Counted from the stretch's first letter, positions 45,587-55,291 are shown. The stretch is DNA of 64,000 nt from Rhizobiales bacterium UBA1912 (GCA_002337455.1 DDGC01000006.1:17922-81921), one strand, 5' to 3'. Notes: generated by a model not told the origin, from the letters alone. Numbers and translations: made by a program.

Positions 45587-46969
45587 ATGAGCAATCGCAT
45601 GTGGGGAGGCCGCTTTTCGTCCGGCCCCGACGCCATCATGGAAGAGATCAACGCTTCTATCGGCTTCGACAAGCGCCTTTACAAGCACGACATCGCCGGA
45701 TCGATAGCGCATGCAACGATGCTGGAGACAGCCGGCATTCTGACGCGCGACGATAAGGACGCCATCATCTCCGGTCTAGAGACTGTTCGGGGGGAAATCG
45801 AGGCGGGGGACTTCACCTTCTCGCGAGCGCTCGAAGACATCCACATGAACGTGGAATCGCGCCTGAAAGAGCTGGTGGGCGAGCCGGCCGGGAGATTGCA
45901 CACGGCGCGCTCGCGCAACGATCAGGTGGCGACCGATTTCAAGCTCTATGTGCGCGACGGGCTCGATATGCTGGCGGCGCAGGTCGAGACGCTGCAAAAG
46001 GTGCTGGTCGAGAAGGCCGAGGCCGAAGCGGGCACCGTGATGCCGGGGTTTACCCATCTGCAGAGCGCCCAGCCGGTGACCTTCGGGCACCATATGCTGG
46101 CCTATGTGGAAATGCTCGAGCGCGACAAGGGGCGGTTGCTCGACGCGCGGCGGCGGCTGAATGAAAGCCCGCTGGGAGCAGCGGCGCTTGCCGGGACGTC
46201 GTTTCCGATCGACCGGGAGATGACGGCAGAGGCGCTGGGGTTTGACCGGCCGATGGCCAATTCGCTCGATGCGGTGTCGGATCGTGATTTTATTCTGGAA
46301 ACGCTTTCGGCGGCTTCGATCTGCGCTATGCATCTGTCGCGGCTTTCCGAAGAGCTGGTGATCTGGTCGTCGGCGCAGTTTTCGTTTGTGCGGTTGTCGG
46401 ACAAGTTTTCGACCGGCTCCTCGATCATGCCGCAAAAGCGCAATCCGGACGCGGCGGAATTGATCCGGGCCAAGGTGGGGCGGATCTTTGCGGCGTTCAC
46501 ATCGCTTTTGATGGTGATGAAGGGGCTGCCGCTGGCCTATTCCAAGGACATGCAGGAAGACAAGGAAATCGCGTTTGACGCGCTGGACAATTTCTCGCTG
46601 GCCCTGGCGGCGATGACCGGGATGATGGGCGACCTGAGCGTCAACCGCGAGAAGATGGCGGCGGCGGCGGGCGCAGGGTTTTCGACGGCGACCGATCTTG
46701 CCGACTGGCTGGTGCGGGCGGCCAACGTTCCGTTCCGCGATGCGCACCACATCACAGGGCGCGCGGTGGCTGCGGCCGAGGCCAAGGGCTGCGGGCTGGA
46801 GGGGCTGACGATTGAGGATTTCAAGGGGATCGACGAGCGGATCACCTCACAGGTGTTCAAGGTGCTCGGGGTCGAGAATTCGGTCAAGTCGCGGACGAGT
46901 TTTGGCGGGACTTCGCCGGCCAATGTGAAGGCGCAGGTTGCAGCCTGGCACGAGCGGCTGGGGAATTAA
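45587..46969 (+). CDS. argH: argininosuccinate lyase
   Basis: [11 protein letters not shown].., ..[12 protein letters not shown].. and ..[12 protein letters not shown].. signatures. Confidence 0.95.
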   Translation: MSNRMWGGRFSSGPDAIMEEINASIGFDKRLYKHDIAGSIAHATMLETAGILTRDDKDAIISGLETVRGEIEAGDFTFSRALEDIHMNVESRLKELVGEPAGRLHTARSRNDQVATDFKLYVRDGLDMLAAQVETLQKVLVEKAEAEAGTVMPGFTHLQSAQPVTFGHHMLAYVEMLERDKGRLLDARRRLNESPLGAAALAGTSFPIDREMTAEALGFDRPMANSLDAVSDRDFILETLSAASICAMHLSRLSEELVIWSSAQFSFVRLSDKFSTGSSIMPQKRNPDAAELIRAKVGRIFAAFTSLLMVMKGLPLAYSKDMQEDKEIAFDALDNFSLALAAMTGMMGDLSVNREKMAAAAGAGFSTATDLADWLVRAANVPFRDAHHITGRAVAAAEAKGCGLEGLTIEDFKGIDERITSQVFKVLGVENSVKSRTSFGGTSPANVKAQVAAWHERLGN

Positions 46970-46972
46970 TCG

Positions 46973-48250
46973 GTGCATCATTTTACCTATCGCGGCGGCT
47001 GGATGTTTGCCGAGGACGTCGATCTGACGGCGGTGGCCGAGGAGATCGGCACGCCGTTCTATTGCTATTCGCAGGCGACGTTCACCCGCCATATCGAGGT
47101 GATGATGGGGGCGTTTGCGGGCACCGATACGCTCGTCGCCTATGCCATGAAGGCCAATTCCAACCAGGCCATGCTGGCGATTGCCGCAAAGCAGGGCATC
47201 GGGGCGGACGTGGTGTCGGTGGGGGAACTGGAGCGGGCACTGCGGGCCGGGATACCGGCCGACAAGATCATCTTTTCGGGCGTCGCCAAGAGCCGGGCCG
47301 AGATGCGGCGCGGGCTCGATGTGGGGATATTGTGCTTTAACGTCGAATCCGAGCCCGAGCTTGAGCGGCTGAATGCGGTGGCTGCCGAGATGGACAAGAT
47401 CGCGCCGGTTTCGGTGCGGATCAACCCCGATGTGGACGCGAAAACCCACGCCAAGATTTCGACTGGCAAGTCTGAGAACAAGTTCGGCATCCCCTTCGGG
47501 CGGGCCGAGGCGGTTTATGCGCGGATCGCTGCGTGCAAGAATCTGAAGGCGGTGGGCGTCGATATGCATATCGGTAGCCAGATCACCGATCTCGAACCGT
47601 TCGACAATGCGCTTGCCGTGATGGCCGAACTTGTCGGTCGGCTGCGGGCCGCCGGGCACCCGATCGAGCATGTCGATGTGGGGGGCGGGCTGGGCATACC
47701 CTACCAGCGCGACAACACCCCGCCGCCCGACCCAGTTGAATACGCCAAGCTGATGCGCCGCCATGTCGATCCGCTGGGCTGCCGGCTGATCCTTGAGCCG
47801 GGGCGGCTGATTGCCGGCAATGCGGGGGTGATGGTGACGCGGGTCGAATACGTCAAGCGGACCGACAAGAAGAGTTTTGTGATCGTCGATGCGGGCATGA
47901 ACGATCTGATCCGGCCAACGCTTTACGAGGCCCATCACGACATTTTGCCGGTGCAGGAAGCGGGCGCGGGGGCCAGGACCATCCACGCCGATATCGTGGG
48001 GCCGGTGTGCGAGACGGGCGATTATCTGGGGCTGGACCGGGAAATCGCCGATGTGGCCGAGGGTGATCTTCTGGTGGTGATGAGTGCGGGGGCTTATGGC
48101 GCGGTGATGAGCTCAACCTATAATACGCGCCCGCTGGTGGCCGAAGTGCTTGTCGATGGCGGCAAGTGGCACACGATCAGACCGCGGCAGACGCTGGATG
48201 AGTTGATTGGGCTGGATAGTGTGCCTGAGTGGGTGACGGCGGGCGATTGA
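46973..48250 (+). CDS. lysA: diaminopimelate decarboxylase
   Basis: ..YAMKANSN.. (PLP lysine), ..HIGSQI.., ..DVGGGLGIPY.., ..EPGR.., ..CETGD... GTG start. Confidence 0.93.
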   Translation: MHHFTYRGGWMFAEDVDLTAVAEEIGTPFYCYSQATFTRHIEVMMGAFAGTDTLVAYAMKANSNQAMLAIAAKQGIGADVVSVGELERALRAGIPADKIIFSGVAKSRAEMRRGLDVGILCFNVESEPELERLNAVAAEMDKIAPVSVRINPDVDAKTHAKISTGKSENKFGIPFGRAEAVYARIAACKNLKAVGVDMHIGSQITDLEPFDNALAVMAELVGRLRAAGHPIEHVDVGGGLGIPYQRDNTPPPDPVEYAKLMRRHVDPLGCRLILEPGRLIAGNAGVMVTRVEYVKRTDKKSFVIVDAGMNDLIRPTLYEAHHDILPVQEAGAGARTIHADIVGPVCETGDYLGLDREIADVAEGDLLVVMSAGAYGAVMSSTYNTRPLVAEVLVDGGKWHTIRPRQTLDELIGLDSVPEWVTAGD

Positions 48251-48312
48251 GGGCGCGCGTTGGCGATGCCCGCTCGCACCGGTAGGTCAATGTTCATGTC
48301 GGGCGCAGGCTG

Positions 48313-51030
48313 TCACGAGCCCTCGAGCCAACCCTGAACGATTGCCTCGTGCTCGGCGATCCATTGCGCGGCGACGGCCTCTGGTGCCTCGCCGCTTTGG
48401 GCGGTTGCGCTGAGCCATGCGTTCAAGTCCTGCGCGCGAAACCGGATGCGTGAAAGTAGTTGCGACACAGAGGGCATGTCGTCTTCAAGCGCCGCGCTGT
48501 AGGCCACGTGAACATCGACGCTGGCCAATTCGCAGTCGCCGCCTCCATTGGGTTCATCACCGGGGCAATCTGAATCGAGTTCGATCGTATCGTATATGGC
48601 GTGCACCCAATCGGGTTCATAACCGTAAAACACAAGCGACTCCCCGCGTGCCTGGAAGCTGGCAAGCTTGGCCCTGAAGATGCTTTCTCCGTAGACCTCA
48701 AAGTCCCAGAACTGGTCCAGCCCGAACCGCTCCAGATGCTGCCTTACAATCGCCGTGGAGAGCCAGTCTCCAGCGCCGATCCATATTTCACCCCTTCCAT
48801 TGCCGTTCGTATCGTATTGGGCCGACACGGCAGCGCTGGCAAGGTCTGAAATTTGCGTCACGCCTTCGGCGAGGGGCGCGGCGACATATATGCCCTGGGT
48901 TCCTTCGTAACTTTGCGCGTTCAGGGAAACGCTGCCTTCGTTTCTGACATAGCGTATCAGGTTCTCGGGCTGGTTCTGCAGCCAGAAATCGGGATGGACG
49001 TCGATCCGGCCATTGGGGTCGGCCATCGCGGCAAAGACATCGTTCAGGTTTGCCTCCTGGACCGCAGCCGAATAGCCGAGCCTGTCGCTGATGGTCTGCC
49101 TGATGACTTCAGCGATCACCTTGCTGGCGTCCCAGGCGAAGCTGGCAATTACGATGTCGCTCTCATCGGAAAAGAATGGCAGTTGAAGCGCTGTGTTGCC
49201 TACGCCGGGTCTTATGATGCGGTCGAGCTGATTGCCGGAATAATCGCTGGACGACAAGGGAAGTGCAAACAGTGCGCCGAGCATGAGCAGAGCCGTGCCC
49301 GAATAGACTATGCGAAAGCCGGACCGGTCGCGTCCGGTCGATATGGTTTCTATATCTCCTGAAAGATTGCGGAAGCGGAGGGTATCGATGCCGTCGAGGC
49401 TGCTGATCTCACGGGTTTCGACGACCGAGCGTGGTACGAAAAGTGTCCGTCCAAGCTCCGAAAATCCCTCCTGAAGCCGCAGAAACTGTTTTCTAAAGCC
49501 CTGAACATTGCTCTTTTCATAATCGCTGATCGTGAAGAGCACCAGCAAGATGCCCGCTGAAAGAATGAACACGCCAATCTGGCTGAGCACGTCGTCGCCG
49601 CGCACCAGGACCAGAAACAGGATGCTGCCGCCTCCGGTGAGCCAAATGGCTGCCTTCTCTCCAAGGGACAGGCGGTCACGATGAATGTTGTACCATTGGT
49701 CGAAATTTGCCCTCGTCTGGCGGAGCCGCTCGGACGGCTCTATTTGCTTCAGCCCGGTTCGAAACGCGACAGCGCTTTCCTGCTTCTCGGCAAGAATTGC
49801 GGTGAATTCTATTTCGATGAGTAATTGGAGCAGGGTATCGATCATATCATCCCTGTCCTGCTCGCCATTGCGCAGCTCAAGCAGGCTGCGCACCAGATCG
49901 GACCGCACATCGACCTCCTGCGCCCTTCGGCCGCTAACCCGGCTCAGAATGAAACCGGCCAGAATGGCGAAGACACCCGACAGGAAGTAGAGCAGGTCGG
50001 TAAGAAATCGCGTGTCGGTCGGCACCACAAAGAACGAGCACAAGGCCACGAAAAGTGTACCGATCAGGGCGGAAAACAGCGCGTTGTTCAACTGGTATCG
50101 CCCATGGAGGGTCATGTTGGCGAACAGGATCAGGACTAGGCCGAACACAGAGAGCGACGATACGGGGACGTCAAAGAACACATAGAGATACACGACCGAG
50201 AGCGCGGGAGAAAAATAGACGAGCGAGGAAAGGGTGAGCGACTTGAACTCCGTAAAGGCCCAGTTCCATGTCATCTCGGCCAAAAGATAGGTGCCGATCC
50301 CGATAAGCGCGCAAATGGCCCAGACCGTCGGATCAAACGCGTAGAAATACAGCCGCTGTCCCGTCGCGCCGAAATAGCAGAGCACGAAAGCGAGCGCCGC
50401 GGCATTGGCGAGCGAAACACTGAAGAAGGTCGCTTTGACCTTGGAGCCGATAATGTCCTCGAATGCGATGAGCGCCTTGAGGCTGAACGGCAAGTAGACG
50501 CCGGACCCGAACGCAGCGAGAAATGCGAACAATATCTCGCTGTTGCTCGTGAGATCGAGGCTCGTCAGTCGGCCTAGACCGATGGCAACGGCCCCAAAGA
50601 ACGCGACCAGAACAAGTGACAATTCCATGCGCGAAAGACGCCGGGCCAGGTTCGGCGCGAAAATCTGCATTGCGAATATGGCGATCAGCGGCCACGTAAA
50701 CGCAATGATGGTGACGTCGGCCTTCTGCGAGTTGTAGAGACCGCGATAAAATCCATAATACCAAAGCGCCAGAAAGAAACCGGCCGTAACGGCGTTCGCC
50801 GCCCCATAGAACACGGCTCGAGTGCGAACCAGCTTGAGCGTGTCGCGCCACATGATGGCGGCGCCCGCGAGGCTGCATGCCAGAGCGATTGCTCCGGCGA
50901 TAACGAAAATCTCGGCAAAGGTCGCGCGATCACCAATTGTCGCGACGAATACCGGCTTCAAGCTCCAAAACAGAATTGCGGTCATCGCGGCAATAACGAT
51001 GACTGGCATAGGCGGCGACTTCAAAGTCAT
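48313..51030 (-). CDS. 905-aa polytopic protein: DMT/EamA-like N-terminal body, extra TM helices and a helical linker, C-terminal OpuAC-type substrate-binding-like domain
   Basis: Architecture read from the translation (about 15 hydrophobic helices). The C-terminal roughly 300 aa parallels the binding protein at 14140-15198 (..FAWDASKVIAEVI.., ..IDVHPDFWLQNQ.., ..AIVQGWL). Lower G+C (55% over 49681-49800). Confidence 0.75.
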   Translation of the reverse strand: MTLKSPPMPVIVIAAMTAILFWSLKPVFVATIGDRATFAEIFVIAGAIALACSLAGAAIMWRDTLKLVRTRAVFYGAANAVTAGFFLALWYYGFYRGLYNSQKADVTIIAFTWPLIAIFAMQIFAPNLARRLSRMELSLVLVAFFGAVAIGLGRLTSLDLTSNSEILFAFLAAFGSGVYLPFSLKALIAFEDIIGSKVKATFFSVSLANAAALAFVLCYFGATGQRLYFYAFDPTVWAICALIGIGTYLLAEMTWNWAFTEFKSLTLSSLVYFSPALSVVYLYVFFDVPVSSLSVFGLVLILFANMTLHGRYQLNNALFSALIGTLFVALCSFFVVPTDTRFLTDLLYFLSGVFAILAGFILSRVSGRRAQEVDVRSDLVRSLLELRNGEQDRDDMIDTLLQLLIEIEFTAILAEKQESAVAFRTGLKQIEPSERLRQTRANFDQWYNIHRDRLSLGEKAAIWLTGGGSILFLVLVRGDDVLSQIGVFILSAGILLVLFTISDYEKSNVQGFRKQFLRLQEGFSELGRTLFVPRSVVETREISSLDGIDTLRFRNLSGDIETISTGRDRSGFRIVYSGTALLMLGALFALPLSSSDYSGNQLDRIIRPGVGNTALQLPFFSDESDIVIASFAWDASKVIAEVIRQTISDRLGYSAAVQEANLNDVFAAMADPNGRIDVHPDFWLQNQPENLIRYVRNEGSVSLNAQSYEGTQGIYVAAPLAEGVTQISDLASAAVSAQYDTNGNGRGEIWIGAGDWLSTAIVRQHLERFGLDQFWDFEVYGESIFRAKLASFQARGESLVFYGYEPDWVHAIYDTIELDSDCPGDEPNGGGDCELASVDVHVAYSAALEDDMPSVSQLLSRIRFRAQDLNAWLSATAQSGEAPEAVAAQWIAEHEAIVQGWLEGS

Positions 51031-51224
51031 TCCAATCAGAAATCGGGCTCGAACTGGCCATGCGCGGGACGAAATTGATTCTGGGCCATTCTGCCATATT
51101 CGGCCCTTCGATCAATGCGGACTGCATGCGCGCCGCTTTCTCAGAAAGAACAACGCGCAGGGGTCGGCAATCATTCTTGCGACAATGCAGAGAGGGCGCG
51201 CGCGATTCCGTTCGATCGGATCGC

Positions 51225-51629
51225 TTAAAGCGCCGAGCGTGCCAGCGGGATGATTTCGGCCGGCTTGCCCGCCAGCGCGTCTTCGACTTTTTCGATCAGT
51301 TGGGCGAGGGAGAAGGGTTTGCCGAGGACGTCGTAGATCAGGGCGTCGAGGCCGTGGGCGCGTTCGCGTTGGTCGGCGAAGCCGGTCATCAAGAGAATGG
51401 TCATGGCGGGGTATTGGGCGCCGATGGCGAGGGCCAGGCCGATGCCGTCCATGACGGGCATCTTGATGTCGGAGACCAGAAGGTCGAAATTTCCGTTGTG
51501 CTCGTTGGCGATTTCGAGGGCGAGGCCGCCGTCGGACGCGTCGATCACTTCGTGGCCGCTCATTTCGAGCGCGCGCGTGACGAAGGCGCGGACATTTTCA
51601 TCGTCTTCGGCCACCAGTATGCGTGCCAT
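51225..51629 (-). CDS. cpdR: single-domain response regulator, CpdR-like
   Basis: MARILVAEDDENVRAFV..LLVSDIKMPVMDG..ILLMTGFA.. resembles the Caulobacter/Rhizobiales CpdR pattern. Confidence 0.75.
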   Translation of the reverse strand: MARILVAEDDENVRAFVTRALEMSGHEVIDASDGGLALEIANEHNGNFDLLVSDIKMPVMDGIGLALAIGAQYPAMTILLMTGFADQRERAHGLDALIYDVLGKPFSLAQLIEKVEDALAGKPAEIIPLARSAL

Positions 51630-51650
51630 GGGGCTCTACCCTTATCTCTT

Positions 51651-51726
51651 GAGCATTTCAGCGCTTCGGTGAATCGCTTCAATGCTCTCAGTCTTTGTTT
51701 GTCGCGTTGCCGAAACGCTCTTGTTC
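51651..51726 (+). repeat. dispersed two-hairpin repeat (head plus linker; tail degenerate)
   Basis: GAGCATTTCAGCGCTTC-ggtg-GAATCGCTTCAATGCTC followed by TCAGTCTTTGTTTGTCGCGTTGCCGAAACG... Confidence 0.65.
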
Positions 51727-51727
51727 T

Positions 51728-52591
51728 TTATTGCCCCGCCGCCGATCCGTTGCGGCCGTCGACAAAGCTCAGTCGTATATTTGTAACGCCTTGCGGCGGA
51801 CCGATCAGTTGCGCGTCGATTGCCAATGTATCGCCGGGCAGAACGTTCCGTGTGGCGGGCGTTACCGTCCATTCATAAACAATGGTGCCGGCGGAATCGA
51901 GCAGGCTCACCAGCACCGACGGCACGAAGGTTATGCGATTCGTTATGTTGGAAATCTTAGCGTTTACGACAATGGCCGGGTTTCCATTCTGCGTGGTTCG
52001 CAAAGTCTTAATTTCGGTGAAATCAAGTCCGATGACATTGGTCTTGAGACCGGCAAGACGATAGAGGCCGTCGAGCTGGGGAACTGCCGAGACGATCTCG
52101 GTGCGCAGCGCGAAGGTCGCCGCCACCCCGGCAATGAGCAGGGCAATGATCGCAATGCGGAAAATGCGGCGGAAGCGTGCGATCGGCTGCGCGGCGAGCA
52201 TGCCGTTGCGGCGGCGGGCCAGGGCCTCGATACGGGCACGGTTGCCGGCACTGTCGATGGACGGGCGCGGATCGTGCGGGGTGGGGGCCGGCTCGGGCTC
52301 GGCGGGCGGATGATCTGGGGCGGGTTTGGCGGCCGGTGGCTGTGTGCGCAGGAAGGAGGCGTCGAGCATCTCTTCGTCGGCCGCGGAAAACAGAGTATCG
52401 GAATCGGCCCGGAAGATCAGTTCATCGTCGCTGGGATCGGGATCGCGCCGCGCGGCGGCGGGCTCGGGAAAGCCCGGGGTTGCGTACCAGAGTTCTGAAC
52501 ACGCGGCGCACTGAACCTGCCGGCCGGCCGCGTTGAGCGCATCGGAGCCGAGCTTGTAGCGTGTCTGGCAATTTGGGCAGGTGATGATCAC
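51728..52591 (-). CDS. MJ0042-type zinc-ribbon protein with a proline-rich linker, TM helix and DUF3426-like C-terminal domain
   Basis: (M)IITCPNCQTRYKL..QVQCAACSELW.. followed by a TM helix (..IIALLIAGVAATF..). A GTG start at 52591 is proposed; ATG 52684 is an alternative. The 433-aa track ORF is over-extended. Confidence 0.75.
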   Translation of the reverse strand: MIITCPNCQTRYKLGSDALNAAGRQVQCAACSELWYATPGFPEPAAARRDPDPSDDELIFRADSDTLFSAADEEMLDASFLRTQPPAAKPAPDHPPAEPEPAPTPHDPRPSIDSAGNRARIEALARRRNGMLAAQPIARFRRIFRIAIIALLIAGVAATFALRTEIVSAVPQLDGLYRLAGLKTNVIGLDFTEIKTLRTTQNGNPAIVVNAKISNITNRITFVPSVLVSLLDSAGTIVYEWTVTPATRNVLPGDTLAIDAQLIGPPQGVTNIRLSFVDGRNGSAAGQ

Positions 52592-52742
52592 ACGCGAGGG
52601 ACCGGTGGCAATTAAGCGAAAATGTTGGCCCAACCCTATGCGGGTGGGGTTAAAACTCTTGAAACGCCGCCTTGATGCGGCCATTGGGAGCTGATGGCTG
52701 GTAGGGTAGTGTCCAGCCAGATGATTCGCGGAGAAAAGCGGT

Positions 52743-53402
52743 TTGATCGCGTTCGAAAATGTGGGCCTTCGATACGGACACGGGCCGGAAATTCTCAAAG
52801 ACCTGACCTTTGCGATCTCGCCGGGCTCGTTCCATTTTCTCACCGGACCGTCGGGGTCGGGCAAGACCTCGCTGCTGCGGCTGTTGCTGCTTTCGCTCAA
52901 GCCGACGCGCGGGTCGGTCTCGATGTTCGGGGAAGACGTTACGGCGCTCGACCGCGACAGGCTGTTGCAAATGCGGCGCCATATCGGGATCGTGTTCCAG
53001 GAATTTCGGCTGCTCGACCATCTGACCACATTCGAAAATGTCGCGCTGCCGTTGCGGGTGCGCGGGCAGGCCGAGGCAAGCTATCGCGGCAACGTCGAAG
53101 AACTGCTCGACTGGGTGGGGCTGGGCGACCGCATGGACGCGCACCCGGCGGTGCTTTCGGGCGGGGAAAAGCAGCGTGCGGCGATTGCCCGGGCGGTGAT
53201 CGGCAACCCCGACATCCTGCTGGCCGACGAGCCGACGGGCAATGTGGACCCCGAACTCTCCGAGCGGCTGCTGCATCTGTTCGAACAGCTCAACAAGATG
53301 GGCACGACGATCATCCTGGCCACCCACGAGGTGGCGCTGCTGGAAAAGTTCGGCTATCCGCGCATGCTGTTAAACGATGGGGAGCTCGCCATCCATGAGT
53401 GA
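52743..53402 (+). CDS. ftsE: cell division ATP-binding protein FtsE
   Basis: ..MIAFENVGLRY.., GPSGSGKTS, LSGGEKQRAAIARA, ILLADEPTGNVD. TTG start. Confidence 0.9.
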   Translation: MIAFENVGLRYGHGPEILKDLTFAISPGSFHFLTGPSGSGKTSLLRLLLLSLKPTRGSVSMFGEDVTALDRDRLLQMRRHIGIVFQEFRLLDHLTTFENVALPLRVRGQAEASYRGNVEELLDWVGLGDRMDAHPAVLSGGEKQRAAIARAVIGNPDILLADEPTGNVDPELSERLLHLFEQLNKMGTTIILATHEVALLEKFGYPRMLLNDGELAIHE

Positions 53403-54315
53403 GGGGATCAGGCTCAATTTTTCCCGTCCCAACCCGATCGTTCCGGCCCAGTCGGTGGCCGGGCGCACGCTGATGCTGCTGATCGGGATCATGACGTTCC
53501 TGTCCTGCGTGACATTCGGTGGCGTGCTGCTGGTGCAGAAATCGGCGATGGGCTGGTCGGCCGATGTGGGGCGCGAGTTGACCATCCAGGTGCGCCCGCT
53601 CGATGGGGAAGTGATCGACTCCAACCTGCGGCTGGCTGTGTCGCTGTCCGAGGCGGTGCCGGGTGTGGCGAGCGCGCGGGTGGTAACGATCGAAGAGAGC
53701 GAAGAGTTGCTACAGCCCTGGCTGGGTGAGGGGCTGGACCTTTCCGATCTGGCCATCCCCCGGCTGGTGATCGTGCAGCTTGGCGATCCCAATGCCGCAG
53801 ATATCGCGCGGCTGGAGAGCGAGATTTCGGCCATTCCCGGGGCGACGCTGGAAACCCATGCCGCCTGGCGGGTGCAGCTCAACACGATGGCCGGGACGAT
53901 CGTTGTTTCGGGGATACTGGTGCTGGCGCTGATCCTTGTGGCGACCGCGCTGGCGATTGTCTTTGCGACGCGCGGGACGATGTCGACCAACCGCGAGATC
54001 GTCGACGTGCTCCACTTCATCGGGGCGTCCAACAAGTTCATCGCCGGGGAATTCCAGGGGCGGTTCCTGTTGCTTGGGCTCAAGGGCGGGCTGGTCGGCG
54101 GGCTGGCGGCAATCGTCTTTTTCATCGTGGCGGGCACTGCAATGAGTACCGTGGTGCCCGAGCAATCGAGCGCGCAGCTCGGGGTTTTGTTCGGGCAATT
54201 CGCGCTGGGGATCAGCGGGATATTGGGCATTATCGGCGTCGTTTTGGTGATTGCCGGGCTGACGGCGATCACCTCACGCTTGACGGTGAGGCGCTTCCTC
54301 TCTCAAATCTCCTGA
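53395..54315 (+). CDS. ftsX: cell division permease-like protein FtsX
   Basis: Four TM helices with a large first periplasmic loop. 8-nt overlap with the ftsE 3' end (the ATG at 53395 precedes the ftsE stop at 53400-53402). Confidence 0.85.
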   Translation: MSEGIRLNFSRPNPIVPAQSVAGRTLMLLIGIMTFLSCVTFGGVLLVQKSAMGWSADVGRELTIQVRPLDGEVIDSNLRLAVSLSEAVPGVASARVVTIEESEELLQPWLGEGLDLSDLAIPRLVIVQLGDPNAADIARLESEISAIPGATLETHAAWRVQLNTMAGTIVVSGILVLALILVATALAIVFATRGTMSTNREIVDVLHFIGASNKFIAGEFQGRFLLLGLKGGLVGGLAAIVFFIVAGTAMSTVVPEQSSAQLGVLFGQFALGISGILGIIGVVLVIAGLTAITSRLTVRRFLSQIS

Positions 54316-54343
54316 CGTTCCTGCATCAAGGATATCGGCGCTC

Positions 54344-55153
54344 ATGATCGTTCAGGCCATCCGCTCGGCGGTGTTTTATCTGTTCTTTTTCGTCCACACG
54401 ATCGTCATGGCGGTCATTATCGGGCTGATGGCCAAGCTGACGCCGAACCTGAAATCGGCTGGGTGGAGCCTCGCGCAGTACTGGAACAATGCGGTTCTGT
54501 TTTTCCTGCGCTGGCTGGTGGGCATCCGGACGGAGGTAACGGGGGCGGAAAATATTCCCGAGGGCGGGTGCATAATCGGCGCCAAGCACCAGTCGGACTG
54601 GGACATCTTTGCCGTGCTGCCCTATGTGGGGCGCCCCGCGTTCATCGCCAAAAAGGAACTGCTCGACATCCCGCTGTTTGGCTGGGCGGCGCGGTGGATG
54701 GATACGATCTCGGTTGACCGCAAGAAGGGCAAGGATGCGCTGCCGGCCATGACGCTCGAAGCGCGCGAGGCGCTGGACAAGGGCTGCAGGGTCATCATCT
54801 TTCCCGAAGGCACGCGGCGGCCACCGCTCGATGTTCCGGCCTATCGCTCGGGGATCGTGCGGATGTACCTGGCCATGGGCGTGCCGGTGGTGCCCGTGGC
54901 GCTGACCTCGGGGCTTTATTGGGGGCGCAACAGTCTCGTTTTGTGGCCCGGAACGGCGCGGGCCAAATTTCTCGAACCGATCAAGCCCGGGTTGTCGGGC
55001 GAGCAATTCTTGAAGACGCTGATCGAACGCATCGAGACCGAGACCAACGCCATGGTGCTCGCGGACGCGCAAAAGGGCCTCGCGCGGCCGATTTCGCCCC
55101 GGCTGCGGGCCCGTCTCAACGAACTCGAAGCCCAATCGGGCACCTCGTCCTGA
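54344..55153 (+). CDS. plsC: 1-acyl-sn-glycerol-3-phosphate acyltransferase
   Basis: HxxxxD motif (..AKHQSDWD..) and ..IFPEGTR... Confidence 0.88.
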   Translation: MIVQAIRSAVFYLFFFVHTIVMAVIIGLMAKLTPNLKSAGWSLAQYWNNAVLFFLRWLVGIRTEVTGAENIPEGGCIIGAKHQSDWDIFAVLPYVGRPAFIAKKELLDIPLFGWAARWMDTISVDRKKGKDALPAMTLEAREALDKGCRVIIFPEGTRRPPLDVPAYRSGIVRMYLAMGVPVVPVALTSGLYWGRNSLVLWPGTARAKFLEPIKPGLSGEQFLKTLIERIETETNAMVLADAQKGLARPISPRLRARLNELEAQSGTSS

Positions 55154-55291
55154 CCTGTCACGCCTTTGGTGATTTTGATCGTCGAAAAGCGATAGATTGT
55201 GTTTTGCCGTAATCGAGACACAATATCTTGACATCGATTGCGAGGGAAGGGACGATTCGGACGTGCATGGGATTGACGCTTCTTTCAATTT

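Noticed and set aside
45776-47986. 324-aa and 379-aa minus-strand ORFs
   Set aside because: They are antisense to argH and lysA and are Arg/His/Pro-rich.
51728-53029. Full 433-aa extent of the Zn-ribbon ORF; likewise the 283-aa extent of 57869-58720
   Set aside because: The N-terminal extensions run antisense into ftsE and gloB respectively. Internal starts (GTG 52591, ATG 58324) give a Zn-ribbon N-terminus and a signal peptide, each with an RBS.
54326-55288. 320-aa minus-strand ORF
   Set aside because: It is antisense to plsC, which shows the HxxxxD and FPEGTR motifs in the plus frame.
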